In this document: positions 51,644 to 62,744 of the stretch, piece by piece
Position numbering within the stretch: the first letter of the stretch is position 1
Layout: every line of letters starts with the position of its first letter
Origin: Squalus acanthias
Lineage: Eukaryota
Direction: 5' to 3'
Length of the DNA: 64,000 nt
Assembly (NCBI GenBank): GCA_030390025.1
Contig: CM059449.1
Coordinates: forward strand, 13,454,001-13,518,000
Made by a program: the position numbers and the translations under genes
The notes under the pieces: generated by a model
Told to the model about the DNA's origin: nothing
The model's database searches: none
Seen by the model: the letters and a program-made list of their open reading frames with translations, nothing else

Positions 51644-51782
51644 CTAAACATTAATTGGATAGGGAATGGTTAATAATGAACATTACTTTGTTTCCAAATT
51701 TAGCAATGGATATCCCTTGGTCGAACAGACTTCATTCACATATAACCGTTGAGATATAAAGCATCAACAAGCGAGTCCGTAC

Positions 51783-51895
51783 CTTTACCAGACAGGCCAC
51801 AACGCCGAAGAGGAGGAGGAAGACGGTGAGAATGCATTTTCCGACCAGAATCCCACTGGTTGCAGGCGAAATAGATTCATTTCCACAAAGCAGAC
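51783..51895 (-). CDS. Receptor A exon 3, Cys stalk plus Lys-containing transmembrane helix
   Basis: Acceptor cactttccattttag|, phase 1; (R)LLCGNESISPATSGILVGKCILTVFLLLFGVVACLVK; donor AAG|gtacgg (alternative CTG|gtaaag 6 nt earlier, both phase 0). Confidence 0.85.
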
Positions 51896-52524
51896 CTAAA
51901 ATGGAAAGTGCACTGAAGTCGGTGTCGGCAATGACGAACGCGCGGATGGCGCCCTCTGCAAAAACTCAGCACGGCAACCTCAAGACAGTTCCGTTTATAT
52001 TTAAGAGTTGAACGCTCGGGGTGGTGAAGTGGTGACGATACGAATTCTGAAGCATTTCAAGTGCCCGCAGACCCGGAAGCGACGGAAACACCATGAAATG
52101 ACAGTAAACCATGAGTTTTGCCGTTTGTTTCCTGCTCAGTAAAGGCGAGGGATGTTTAGAATGGAATGTCTTTCCACTCGTGGTGCCCAGGACCGGTATT
52201 AAATATTCCCAAATCGAAAGCGGAATAAAAGAGAGAGATTTTGCTGTCCCTCCGCCTGGGATTAACAGAGAGCCTCAGCGCAGCGAATACAGGAAAATCG
52301 GGCAGCGCAAGTCCCTAACTGAGCCGCTTGATTGTATATCCATCAGTCTAAATATGGGGTGGTCTCCCTTACCAGCGTGTGCCCCACCCCGTCCGACTTT
52401 TCTATATTTGTGTGACTCAGGCACAAGGACAGGACAATCTATGAAGCTCTCTGTACACTGATTCAATCGCGCGGTTTACTTCTAAATACAGAAAGACAAC
52501 CCTGTTGTATTTTGTTTCCAAAAA

Positions 52525-53390
52525 AAGAAAAAGACTTGCATTTATATAGCGCCTTTCACGACCTCTGGACGCCCCAAAGCGCTTTACAGCCAATGAGGTA
52601 CTTTTGAAGTGTAGTCACTGTTGTAATGTAGGAAACGCAACAGCCAATTTGTACACTTAAGAGAGAAGAGTAGGCCAGTTGGCCCCTGGAGCCTGCTCTG
52701 CCATTCATGGCTGATCTGATCTTGGCCTCAACTCCACTTTCCCGCCCGCCCGCTCCCCGTAACCCTTGACTCCCCTGTAGCTCAAATATCTGTCTATCTG
52801 AGCCTTGAATATATTCAATGACTCCGCCTCCACAGCTCTCTGGGGTAGAGAATTCCAAAGATTCACGTCCCTCAGAGAAGAAATTCCTCCTCATCTCCGT
52901 CTTAAATGGGCGCCCCCTTATTCTGAAACTATGCCCCCTAGTTCTAGATACCCCCACGAGGGGAAACACCCTCCCTGCATCTACCCTGTCAAGCCCCCTC
53001 AGAATCTTATATGTTTCAATAAGATCATCAGACTCTTATATATTTCAATAAGTTCACCACAGCAAGCTCCCACAAACAGCAATGTGATAATGACCAGATC
53101 ATCTGTTTTAGTGATGTTGATTGAGGGATAAATATTGACCCAGGACACCGGGGAGAACTCTCCTGCTCTTCCTCAAAATTGTGCGATAGGATCTTTTACA
53201 TCCACTTGAGAGGGCGGACAGGACCACAGTTTAACATCTCATCTGAAAGACGGCACCTCCAACAGTGCAGCGCCCCCTCAGTACTGCACTGGAGTGTCAG
53301 CCTAGATTTTTGTGCTCAAGCCTCTGGTGTGGGATTTGAACCCACAACCCTTCTGACTCAGAGGCGAGAGAGAGCGCTACCCACTGACTG
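52525..53390 (-). mobile_element. SacSINE1-like SINE interrupted by a CR1 3' fragment (about 52660-53025)
   Basis: SINE halves flank the CR1 tail. Confidence 0.75.
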
Positions 53391-53624
53391 AAATGGAAAT
53401 GACTGAAATGGAATCCGGGTCTCAGAGGTGAAAGGTCAGTTGTACTAACCACCCAGGCCCTATTTATGCACAGCCATTTGGTTTTCCCTATGGCCTTTCT
53501 GAGCAAGATTACAGATTTAACTCAATTGGGGAAAATTATGGGGCTATACAACTGTGTTTCGAACTTCAGCCTGCTACCAACTGAAGAGACTCACTTTGGG
53601 ACAACACCTGATAACGCGGAAACA

Positions 53625-54415
53625 AAAAAACCCCCAGAAAGGCAGATTATTATCTGAATGGCAATAGATTGGGAAAAGGGGAAGTGCAATGAGACCTGGG
53701 TGTCCTTGTGCACCAGTCGCTGAAGGTAAGCATGCAGGTGCAGCAGACGGTTAAGAAGGCAAATGGTATGTTGGCCTTCATAGCGAGAGGATTCGAGTAC
53801 AGGAGCAAGGATGTCTTGCTGCAGTTGTACAAGGCCTTGGTGAGACCACATCTTGAGTACTGTGTGCAGTTTTGGTTGCCTTATCTGAGGAAGGATGTTC
53901 TTGCCATGGAAGGAGTTCAGTGAAGATTCACAAGGCTGATACCTGGGATGGCAGGAGTGACGTATGAAGAGAGATTGGGTCGATTGGGCTTATACTCGCT
54001 GGAGTTTAGAAGAATGAGAGGGGATCTCATTGAAACTTATAAAATTCTGACAGGACAGGACAGGACAAACTAGATGCAGGAAGGATGTTCCCGATGGTCG
54101 GGGAGTCCAGAACCAGGGGTCACAGTCTAAGGATAAGGGGTAAGCCATTTAGGACAGAAATTAGGAGGAATTTCTTCACCCAGAGAGAGTGGTGAACCTG
54201 TGGAATTTTCTGCCACAGAAGGCAGTAGAGGCCAATTCATTAAATAGATTCAAGAAGGAGTTGGATATATTTCTTAAGGCTAAAGGGATCAAGGGATATG
54301 GGGAGAAAGCAGGGACAGGGTACTGAATTTGGATGATCAGCCATGATCGCATTGAATGGCGGAGCAGGCTAGAGGGGCCGAATGGCCTACTCCTGCTCCT
54401 ATCTTCTATGATTCT
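53625..54415 (+). mobile_element. CR1 3' fragment
   Basis: ORF 53708-53923 and downstream RT C-terminus. Confidence 0.87.
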
Positions 54416-54795
54416 AAAACGCCACCCAGTAATCGAGACTGAAATGGAATCCAGGTCTCGGAGGTGAAAGGTCAGTTGTACTAACCACCCAGGCACTATT
54501 TATTCACCTTAAGGTCAGATACATTTACATTTCTTGTTATGCTTTACTTGAGGCTCTGTGTTATTTCCGATTCTTCCAACTTTGCTGCTTACCTTAACAA
54601 GACAGTAAATGAGCCTCAATAATACATTTACATAGAAATCGTAAATATAAATTTTATTAATGAATTAATCCAAATCTGGCTTCTTAAGGTTACAGCCAAT
54701 GCTTTTTTTTTGACATTTCCTTTCCCCTTTATACATCTGAGCCATTCAGGAATAAGTACTTGTTCTGTAAAGGAATCAGTCCATTTGCTACTTAC

Positions 54796-55140
54796 GTTTT
54801 ACTTCAAGTTTGGTGCCGTTCCCGATGCTGGTTTCCCCATTCATTGCTTTCACCATGCAGTAATAGGTGTCAGAATCGTGCCGTCTGAGGTCGGAGATTT
54901 TGATGAAAATTTTCCTTTCAATGAAATGGCTGGGGTTAGACTTCTCCAGTCGGTTCCTAAGCAGCAAGTCGCCATCTAAATCCGTCACGTTTTTTGTGGA
55001 CGCACCGCGTGACCAGAAGACTTGGCTGACGGGCCTCTCGACCAGGTCATCCCCATAGCTACAGTACAGCGTCACCGAGTCTCCTTCTGTTGCATTTACA
55101 GACTGAGGGGACTGCAAAACCGTGACTCGCGACTGACCGG
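54796..55140 (-). CDS. Receptor A exon 2, VJ-type Ig V domain, NKp30-like
   Basis: Acceptor poly-T+cccag|, donor C|gtaagt, phase 1-1, 345 nt. (A)GQSRVTVLQSPQSVNATEGDSVTLYCSY..VSQVFWSR..RNRLEKS..IKISDLRRHDSDTYYCMVKAMNGETSIGNGTKLEVK, with canonical V-set residues and J-like GNGTKLEV. Confidence 0.93.
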
Positions 55141-55994
55141 CTGGGAAAAAAAAATCCAACTATTAGAAGCTTTAAAGGGCAATTGTAACCTAAACCGGCC
55201 ATTGGGGAAATGACTGGTGCAACGCTGGGTTTCCACCCCACTTGGTCTTCGTCTTCTTTCGGATGGTGGTGGCAAAGCAAATCAAATGTCAATATCCAAG
55301 TCAGATATCCAGGCCAAAGTTTCCTGTGAAACAGCGGAGATGTCGTGTAGGCCACCTGCGAATTTCCTCTGAGGGCAGTGCACGAACCAGGACATCAACG
55401 CTGCGTTCCTTGATTCGAGATATTTCGCATTTTGAGTGAGAGATGCCTTCGATGTTATGTTGGCATGTTCGATGGTTGGGCCTGCATCTAGTTCTCTTTG
55501 GTCCTGAAGAGGGCCGTTCGATTTGCTTGGTTTGCTACTGTCACCGGGTGGTCGATTTAACGACAAGTTCGGTGTCCTTTGGAACGACATCAGTTGTGAT
55601 CAGGGTGGGCCGCAAGAAGGCTGTCATCATCCGCCCTTGCTTGGTCTTACTCTCCAGTGGAAAGTCACATTGGGCGGGGGTATAAAACCAGCGGTCCACC
55701 CGACTCTGTGGGTTTCCCCCCCGCGAGTTAGGTTAAAATTACCATTTGTTTCACATCAGAACGAAGGCATGGTTTTCTATTAACATCGTAAATCTCCTAA
55801 ACATTGTCTTGCACAAACTTAATGTTACCGCTCTTAAGGCTTTCGAATCGGGTGGGCGTATTAACTATTTGTCCCGCTGGATCTTCCTCACGGTGACTAA
55901 TTGCTCCAACAGATTTTTTGTTCATATTTTGTCATATTGTCAGCCTAATTTTTACATATTAATGTTCTTGAGAATAACGGTTATGTACGGAGCC

Positions 55995-57345
55995 AGTTAG
56001 TTAGAGGAATACACTTCAAGAAGACATAGACAGGCTGGTGGAATCGTGCACACGTGGCAAATGAAATTCAACGCAGAGAAGTGTAAGGTGATACATTTTG
56101 ATAGGAAGAATGAGGAGAGGCCATACATATGAAATGGTACGATTTTAAAGGGGGTGCAAGAACAGAGAGACTTGGGGGTGTTTGTGCACAAATCTTTGAA
56201 GGTGACAGGACAGGTTAACAAAGCATAAGGGATCCTGGGCTATATAAATAGAGGTCATGATGTGGAGATGCCGGCGTTGGACTGGGGTGGACAAAAATGA
56301 GAAGTCGCACAACACCAGGTTATAGTCCAACAGATTTATTTAATTTTATAAGCTTTCGAAGCAGTTCGCTCCTTCGTCAGGTAAGTTAGCAATGAGAGAA
56401 TCTCCCAGAATTCACAATTTAAACCCAGACAAAATCTATTCACATTATTCGCTACAACAAAGAGCACAGCCAAGACAATGAGATATGCAGCCAGCAGGTG
56501 GTTTGACATGTTGGACCCCCTGGGACACATCTCATTGTCTTGGCTGTGCTCTTTGTTGTAGCGAATAATGTGAATAGATTTTGTCTGGGTTTAAATTGTG
56601 AATTCTGGGAGATTCTCTCATTGCTAACTTACCTGACGAAGGAGCGAACTGCTTCGAAAGCTTGTAAAATTAAATAAATCTGTTGGACTATAACCTGGTG
56701 TTGTGCGACTTCTCATTTATATAAATAGAGGCATAGAGTACAAAAACCAGGAAGTTATGCTAAACCTATATAAAATACTGGTTCGGCCCCAGCTGGAGGT
56801 ATTGTGCCAAATTCTGGGCACCACACTTTAGGAAGGATGAGAAGGCTTTGGAGAGGGTACAGAAGAGATTTACTGGAATGGTTCCAGGGATGAGGGATCA
56901 CAGCTACAAGGATAGACTGGAGAAGCTGGGGTTGTTCTCCTTAGAGCAGAGAAGGCGAAGGGATTTGATAGAGGTGTTCAAAATCATGGAGGGTTTAGGT
57001 AGAGTAAATAAAGAGAAACTGTTTCCAATGGCTGAAGGGTCGAGAACCAGAGGGCACAGATTTAAGGTGATTGACAAAAGAACCAGAGGCGACATGGGGA
57101 AAAACTAGTTTACGCAACGAGTGGTTAGGATTTGGAATGCACTGCCTGATAGGGTGGTGGATACAGATTCAATAGTAGCCTTCAAAAGGGAATTGGATAA
57201 ATACTTGAAGGAGAAAAAATTGCAGGGATATGGGGAAAGAGTGGGGGGAGTGGGACTGACTGGATTGCTCTTCGAAAGAGCCGGCACAGACTCGATAGGC
57301 CGAATGGCCTCCTTCCGTGCTGTACTATTCTATGACTCTATGATT
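55995..57345 (+). mobile_element. CR1 3' fragment interrupted by a Penelope-derived long hairpin
   Basis: WQMKFNAEKCKVIHF..ERVQKRFT..RTRGHRFKV. Confidence 0.83.
56255..56718. mobile_element. Penelope-derived palindrome: 190-bp near-perfect inverted arms, 44-nt loop, hammerhead in each arm
   Basis: Arms 56295-56484 and 56529-56718 (one mismatch by eye); TSD tatataaatagagg (56241-56254 / 56718-56731). Confidence 0.88.
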
Positions 57346-57431
57346 CAATTATTCTATGAATTTCTCTGTGCGCTATAGGGAATGAAAATGTAAATCAGTT
57401 TATAAAGAACAAGTTCACGATTTCATTACAC

Positions 57432-57975
57432 ATGAGACCACATTTGGAATATTGTGTGCAGTTCTGGTCACCTCACTATAGGAAGGACGTAGAAGCATTG
57501 GAAAGAGTGCAAAGGAGATTTACCAGGATGCTGCCTGGTTTGGGGGGGAGGTCTTATGAGGAAAGATTGAGGGAGTTGGGGCTTTTCTCTTTAGAGCGGA
57601 GGAGGATGAGAGGCGACTTAATAGAGGTTTATAAGATGATGAGGGGGATAGATAGAGTAGATGTTCAGAGACTATTTCCTCGGGTAGAGGCAGCTGTTAC
57701 AAGGGGGCATAACTATAAGGTGCATGGGGGGAGATATAGAAGGGATGTCGAGGTAGATTCTTTACTCAGAGTGGTTGGGGTGTGGAATGGACTGCCTGCT
57801 GTGATAGTGGAGTCGGACACTTTAGGAACTTTCAAGCGGTTATTGGATAAGCACATGGAGCACACCAGAGTGATAGGGAGTGTGATAGCTTGATCTTGGT
57901 CTCGGACAATGCTCGGCACAACATCGAGGGCCGAAGGGCCTGTACTGTGCTGTACTGTTCTATGTTCTATGTTCT
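57432..57975 (+). mobile_element. CR1 3' fragment
   Basis: ORF 57432-57893; (gttctat)n tail. Confidence 0.88.
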
Positions 57976-58721
57976 ATACACATTAACTTTCATCGTGTTT
58001 CTCCTTCACATGAAATCAGGATTTGATTAATTTAAAAAGTTGTATATAAAAATGTGACACAAGCCGATAAGATAGGTAAGAATTATTTTGAATAGTACAA
58101 TCACAGCCAGCTGCTATTTTGCAATAAGTTAATGTAGGTAACGATAAACATGTTAAATAATTTAATATATCTTGCTAAAAGGCTATACATTAACTTTCAT
58201 TCATGCAAAATGTCCTACTCAATAAACAACTGCTATTTTGGTTGCAGCGTTTAGATTACAACAGCATAGGGGCATTTATTGTTACTCCTGACCCGTGGAA
58301 GTCTAGGGTTTGAAACTGGTCGTATAAATCTTATTAAGAAAGCCAATATATCTCACAAAGTGAAGTTAATGCTGTAACAACAGGGAGGTAAAAAGTCACG
58401 CTATTACTTTGTTGATTAATAGCACCTATGGCAGATTGCAAATCATGAGTTACAGAGGGCATATGGCACAGAAAGAGACCATTCAGCCCAACCAGTCCAT
58501 GTCGGCGTTTATGCTCCACACGAGCCTCCTCCCGTCTTTCCTCATCTAAATCTATCAGCATAACCCTCTATTCCCTTCTCCCTCATATGCTTGTCTAGCC
58601 TCCCCTTAAATGCATCTATACTATTCGCTTCAACCACTCCCTGTGGTAGCGAGTTCCACATTCTCACCACTCTTTGGGTAAAGAAGTTTCTTCTAATTCC
58701 CTATTGGAGTTAATTGGCACG

Positions 58722-58842
58722 TCAATCAATCCATTCATTGCTAATCAATCTCTGGTACGTTATCAATCAAACAATCATGCTTTCAATCAATCAATCGGCC
58801 AATCAATGAAGCAATCAGCCTTGATTCAATCATTCAATCAGT
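58722..58842 (+). repeat. Degenerate (AATC)n microsatellite
   Basis: Repeated tcaa/aatc units. Confidence 0.65.
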
Positions 58843-58861
58843 CAACTGGTCCCCTTATATT

Positions 58862-59157
58862 TAAGAACATAAGAAATAGGAGCAGGAGTCAGCCATTTGG
58901 CCCTTCGAGCCTGCTTTGCCATTCAATCAGATCATGGCTGATCTTCTACCTCATCTCCACTTTCCTGCACTATCCCCATATCCCTTAATATTCAAAAATC
59001 TATCCATCTCTGTCTTGAATATACTCAACGACCGAGCCTCCACAGCCCTCTGGGGTAGAGAATTCCAAAGATTCACCAGAAGAAATTTCTCCTCATCTCA
59101 GTCCTAAATGGCCGACCCCTTATTCTGAGACTGTGACCCCTGGTTCTGGACTCCCCA
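58862..59157 (-). mobile_element. CR1 3' fragment
   Basis: Reverse complement of the 321/22898 subfamily tail. Confidence 0.82.
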
Positions 59158-59691
59158 TTTCTATTTGGAAGGATGGAATGTAATAATACGTACTGTTAAT
59201 TCTTATTCTAAATTATACCAGGGTGTGGAAGACCGAGATCATACATGACAACTCGATCTCGGGGACAAACGTCTAAAATTCATTGAACTGCTAAAACTCT
59301 TGCTCAGTGCAGTATGACTCCGTTCCCAGGGACGAGAATTTGGGGACCGCCAAAATAGGATGGGGACCCCGGGCCCTTGAGCGGGAGCCTGTGCACCGGC
59401 TACTGTTTCCACAGTACTGATGATAATTAAAATCTCCCTATGGAAAAAGATATGCCATATAAATAATTATTAAGCCATTACATTTAAATTATTTTCTCGC
59501 TCATAATAACCATCACGCATATTTTGAAGCCTTCTTGAAGCTGCATATTTCGCTAGTTTCTGTATCGTGTGGATCTCTCAACCAATCGACTTTTAATTAT
59601 ACGGGTAAACTACCTGTAATTCTGGAATAAAGAACAAATCAACGGGAGGAATAGAATTAAGGAGCAGTAATAGTGAAGAAAATAGACTTAC

Positions 59692-59749
59692 CATATAATA
59701 AAACCAGCAGCATTAAATTGACGCCAATGATTTTATTGAGTGCAGTCAT
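59692..59749 (-). CDS. Receptor A (NKp30/NCR3-like single-IgV receptor) exon 1, signal peptide
   Basis: agaaagATG; MTALNKIIGVNLMLLVLLY+G then donor gtaagt; 58 nt, phase 1. Confidence 0.82.
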
Positions 59750-60991
59750 CTTTCTGTTTCCTCAAATAGACACCACAAAGATAACCCGACACTCTGAAGC
59801 CACTCGTGCTATTGAAGTTTTTTTTAAAGACACACAAGGTCAGTATCATGATGGGTGTCGGTGATGAAGGCGTGCCCTTTGCGCTAGACTCCACGTGGTT
59901 CAAGCATAAGGCCGCTTAATCACACTGTATGATGTGCCACTGAGACTAAGAGGGTGCCAAGTTGATCTCGGTCTGAACCACAGTGGAGGATTGATGTCCC
60001 TTGCTGTCACTGGGCCAGGAAGGAAGGAAGGGAGGGTGGAGGATATGAGTCACTGCTCACTCTGACCATAACACTTAACCGTTGTTTGTGCCGATGCCCC
60101 AGAGGATTTAACTGTCCAAATAATGTTCTCTGAGATAAAGCATGAAGGAACGAGACAGCACGCCCATGCAACTGTATCCTAACATGCATTTGGAAAGGAG
60201 GGAAAGGGGAAGAAACAGCATTCCAGATATCCCAACGTGTTAGATCTCTTTCTTGGATAGCACGTCTGGTCAATGTAGAATTTCCCACACAACGAGGTGG
60301 GGAGTCTCTTGTGTGCGGGTTTAGACCTGCGGGTTAGAATCGCCCTCCTCTCTGAGCATTCGATTTCGGGGTAGATTTTAAATTTTCTTCCCCGGGTCTT
60401 ATGATTGTCCTTCCCACAGATTTAAATGGAAATTCAAATGGGGCAAACGGGTGGCCAATTTACACACCTCAGTTTATTTAACACCCGGACGGTAAGCTGA
60501 AAATCTACCCCAAATTGTCCTCAAGTTAGTTTGGTGCAGAGAAATATATAAAGCGGTCACGTGTCTTTTTCTGATAGCCGTAAAATTATCTTCCAAATTG
60601 CTGCATTTTCAACTTTTCTTTCCACATTTCAATATGTGCCCCATGCTCTTTTCTGTCCCGAATTAAAATATCATTTAAACGTAAGTGTGCTTGGCAACTT
60701 AGGCTGCAGCTGATAGACGCTGCAGGAATGTTTGTTGGTGTTAAGTTTATAGATGTGTTCCTCTCGTTCGAGACGTCATTATTCTAAAGGGCACTGTCAC
60801 AATTCTTCACGGTTATTGTGTTCCCCCCGTTAAGAACAGTATTGGAGCTCTCTGAACCGGTATTATAATTAAAACATGTATATTCAAGTTAATAACCTTT
60901 TTCATATGGTAATTTGATCCAGGAAAAAAAACAATCAGATGATATCGTATGTTTTGTGTAAAAAAAATCTATTTTACAGGAAGCAAACTAT

Positions 60992-61436
60992 AGAAAGAAA
61001 GACTTGCATTTATATAGCGCCTTTCACGACCTCAGGACGTCCCGAAGCGCTTTAAAACCAATGAAGTATTTTTGAAGTGGAGTCACTGTTGTAATGTGCG
61101 AAACGCGACAGCCAATTTGTGCACAGCAAGCTCCCACAAACAGCAATGTGATAATGAACAGATATTCTGTTTTTTTTTAGTGATGTTGATTGAGGGAATA
61201 AATATTGGCTGGGACACCGAGGAGAACTCCCCTGTTCTTCAAAATAGTGCTGCGGGATCTTTTACATCCAGCTGAGAGAGCGGACGAGCCTTGGTTTAAC
61301 GTCTCATGTGAATGACGGCAGCTCTGACAGTGCAGCACTCCCTCAGTACTGCACTGGAGTGTCAGTTTCGATTTTTGTGCTCAAGTCTCTAGGGTGGGAC
61401 TTAGAACCCACGACCTTCAGATACAGAGGCTGACAC
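60992..61436 (-). mobile_element. SacSINE1-like SINE
   Basis: Match to the family. Confidence 0.78.
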
Positions 61437-61539
61437 TACTCACAGCTCGACTGACTGTGACAGACTGACCATTAAGCGTTTTAGTGGACTTATTTCTATT
61501 ACAATGGTTTTCGAGTTGCAATTACGATTTAAAAATCAT

Positions 61540-62700
61540 GGGCCAGAAATTCGGGTCTCCACGGGTGAGTACGCGTTGGGTACTCACCTGTGGCAACACG
61601 GTGGCATAGTGGTTAGCACTGGTACCTCACAGCGCCAGAGACCCAGGTTCGAATCTGACCTCGGGTGACTGTCTGTGTGGAGTTTGCACATTCTCCCCGT
61701 GTCTGCGTGGGTTTCCTCCGGGTGCTCCGGTTTCCTCCCACAGTCCATTTGGCTATGCTAAATTGACCCTTAGTGTTAGGGGGGGATTAAATATGTGGGG
61801 ATAGGATGGGATATGTTAGGGGGAATTAAATACATGGGGTTACGGGGGTAGGGTGGGATATGTGTACTGTGGGGATTAAAGCAGGGACAGGGTACTGGAT
61901 TTGGATGATCAGCCATGATCGTATTGAATGGTGGAGCAGGCTCGACGGGCCGAATGGCCTACTCCTGCTCCTAGATTCTATGTTTCTATGTAGACCCAAC
62001 GAAAGTGCCGGTTTCGCGCATGCACTGCGCATGCGCTGGAAACCGAACTTCCGTTCCCCTGAAGGAATGGGTTCAGAGGTCGAACGCGTGCGCCGGAGAG
62101 GCAGCGCGCACGCAGCGAACTTCGGTTTTTTTTCAGGTTTCTCCGTGAGGGTAAGTACAGAGAAGCTGCGTGGGAAAAAAGGAGGCGCAAGGCCTGCTTT
62201 TAACAAGGTTAGTGGTGAATTAAGTACAATTTAAACATTTTTTCAACAGGTTTATCTTTTTTACATACTTTAAAGAAAGGTAAGTTTATTTTTAGCACCG
62301 TTAAAAAGTGTAATTAATTTTTTCAAAAATTTAAATTTTTGTTTAAAGTAGTTAATTTATGTAATTTATACTTATTTTAAAAATGTGATGTTTTTTTAAT
62401 TTATTTGAAGTTTTAGTGAGGTTTTGGAGCCGATCTCTCTTCATAGATTTGACAGGTCTTCCTGTCAAAATCTATGAATGAAGATTCCCTGCTCCGATTG
62501 GCTCTCCATGGCCTACGTGATCCCAGGAGACGCTTCGAACTAACTGCGCCCCTGGGATACGCAAGCACTGCGCGCTGGCAGCTGCAGGAGGCCCAGGAGC
62601 CGAATTCCACGTGGGCCCGAAGCACAACGGCAGGTGCGGTATGTAACTACGCGCGCGATTCTTGCACCCGCGGGAAGCCGGAGAGCCGAATTTCTGGCCC
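61540..62700. mobile_element. Harbinger-like MITE with a nested HE1-like V-SINE (about 61592-61990, +)
   Basis: Perfect 17-bp inverted termini atgggccagaaattcgg / ccgaatttctggcccat. Confidence 0.78.
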
Positions 62701-62744
62701 ATTATTTATTATTTTCCGTGTCCTCATTTTGCCATAACACCATA

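Noticed and set aside
59772-59982. RUNX sites (ACCACA) near the receptor A start
   Set aside because: Hexamers are too frequent to support a regulatory call without data.
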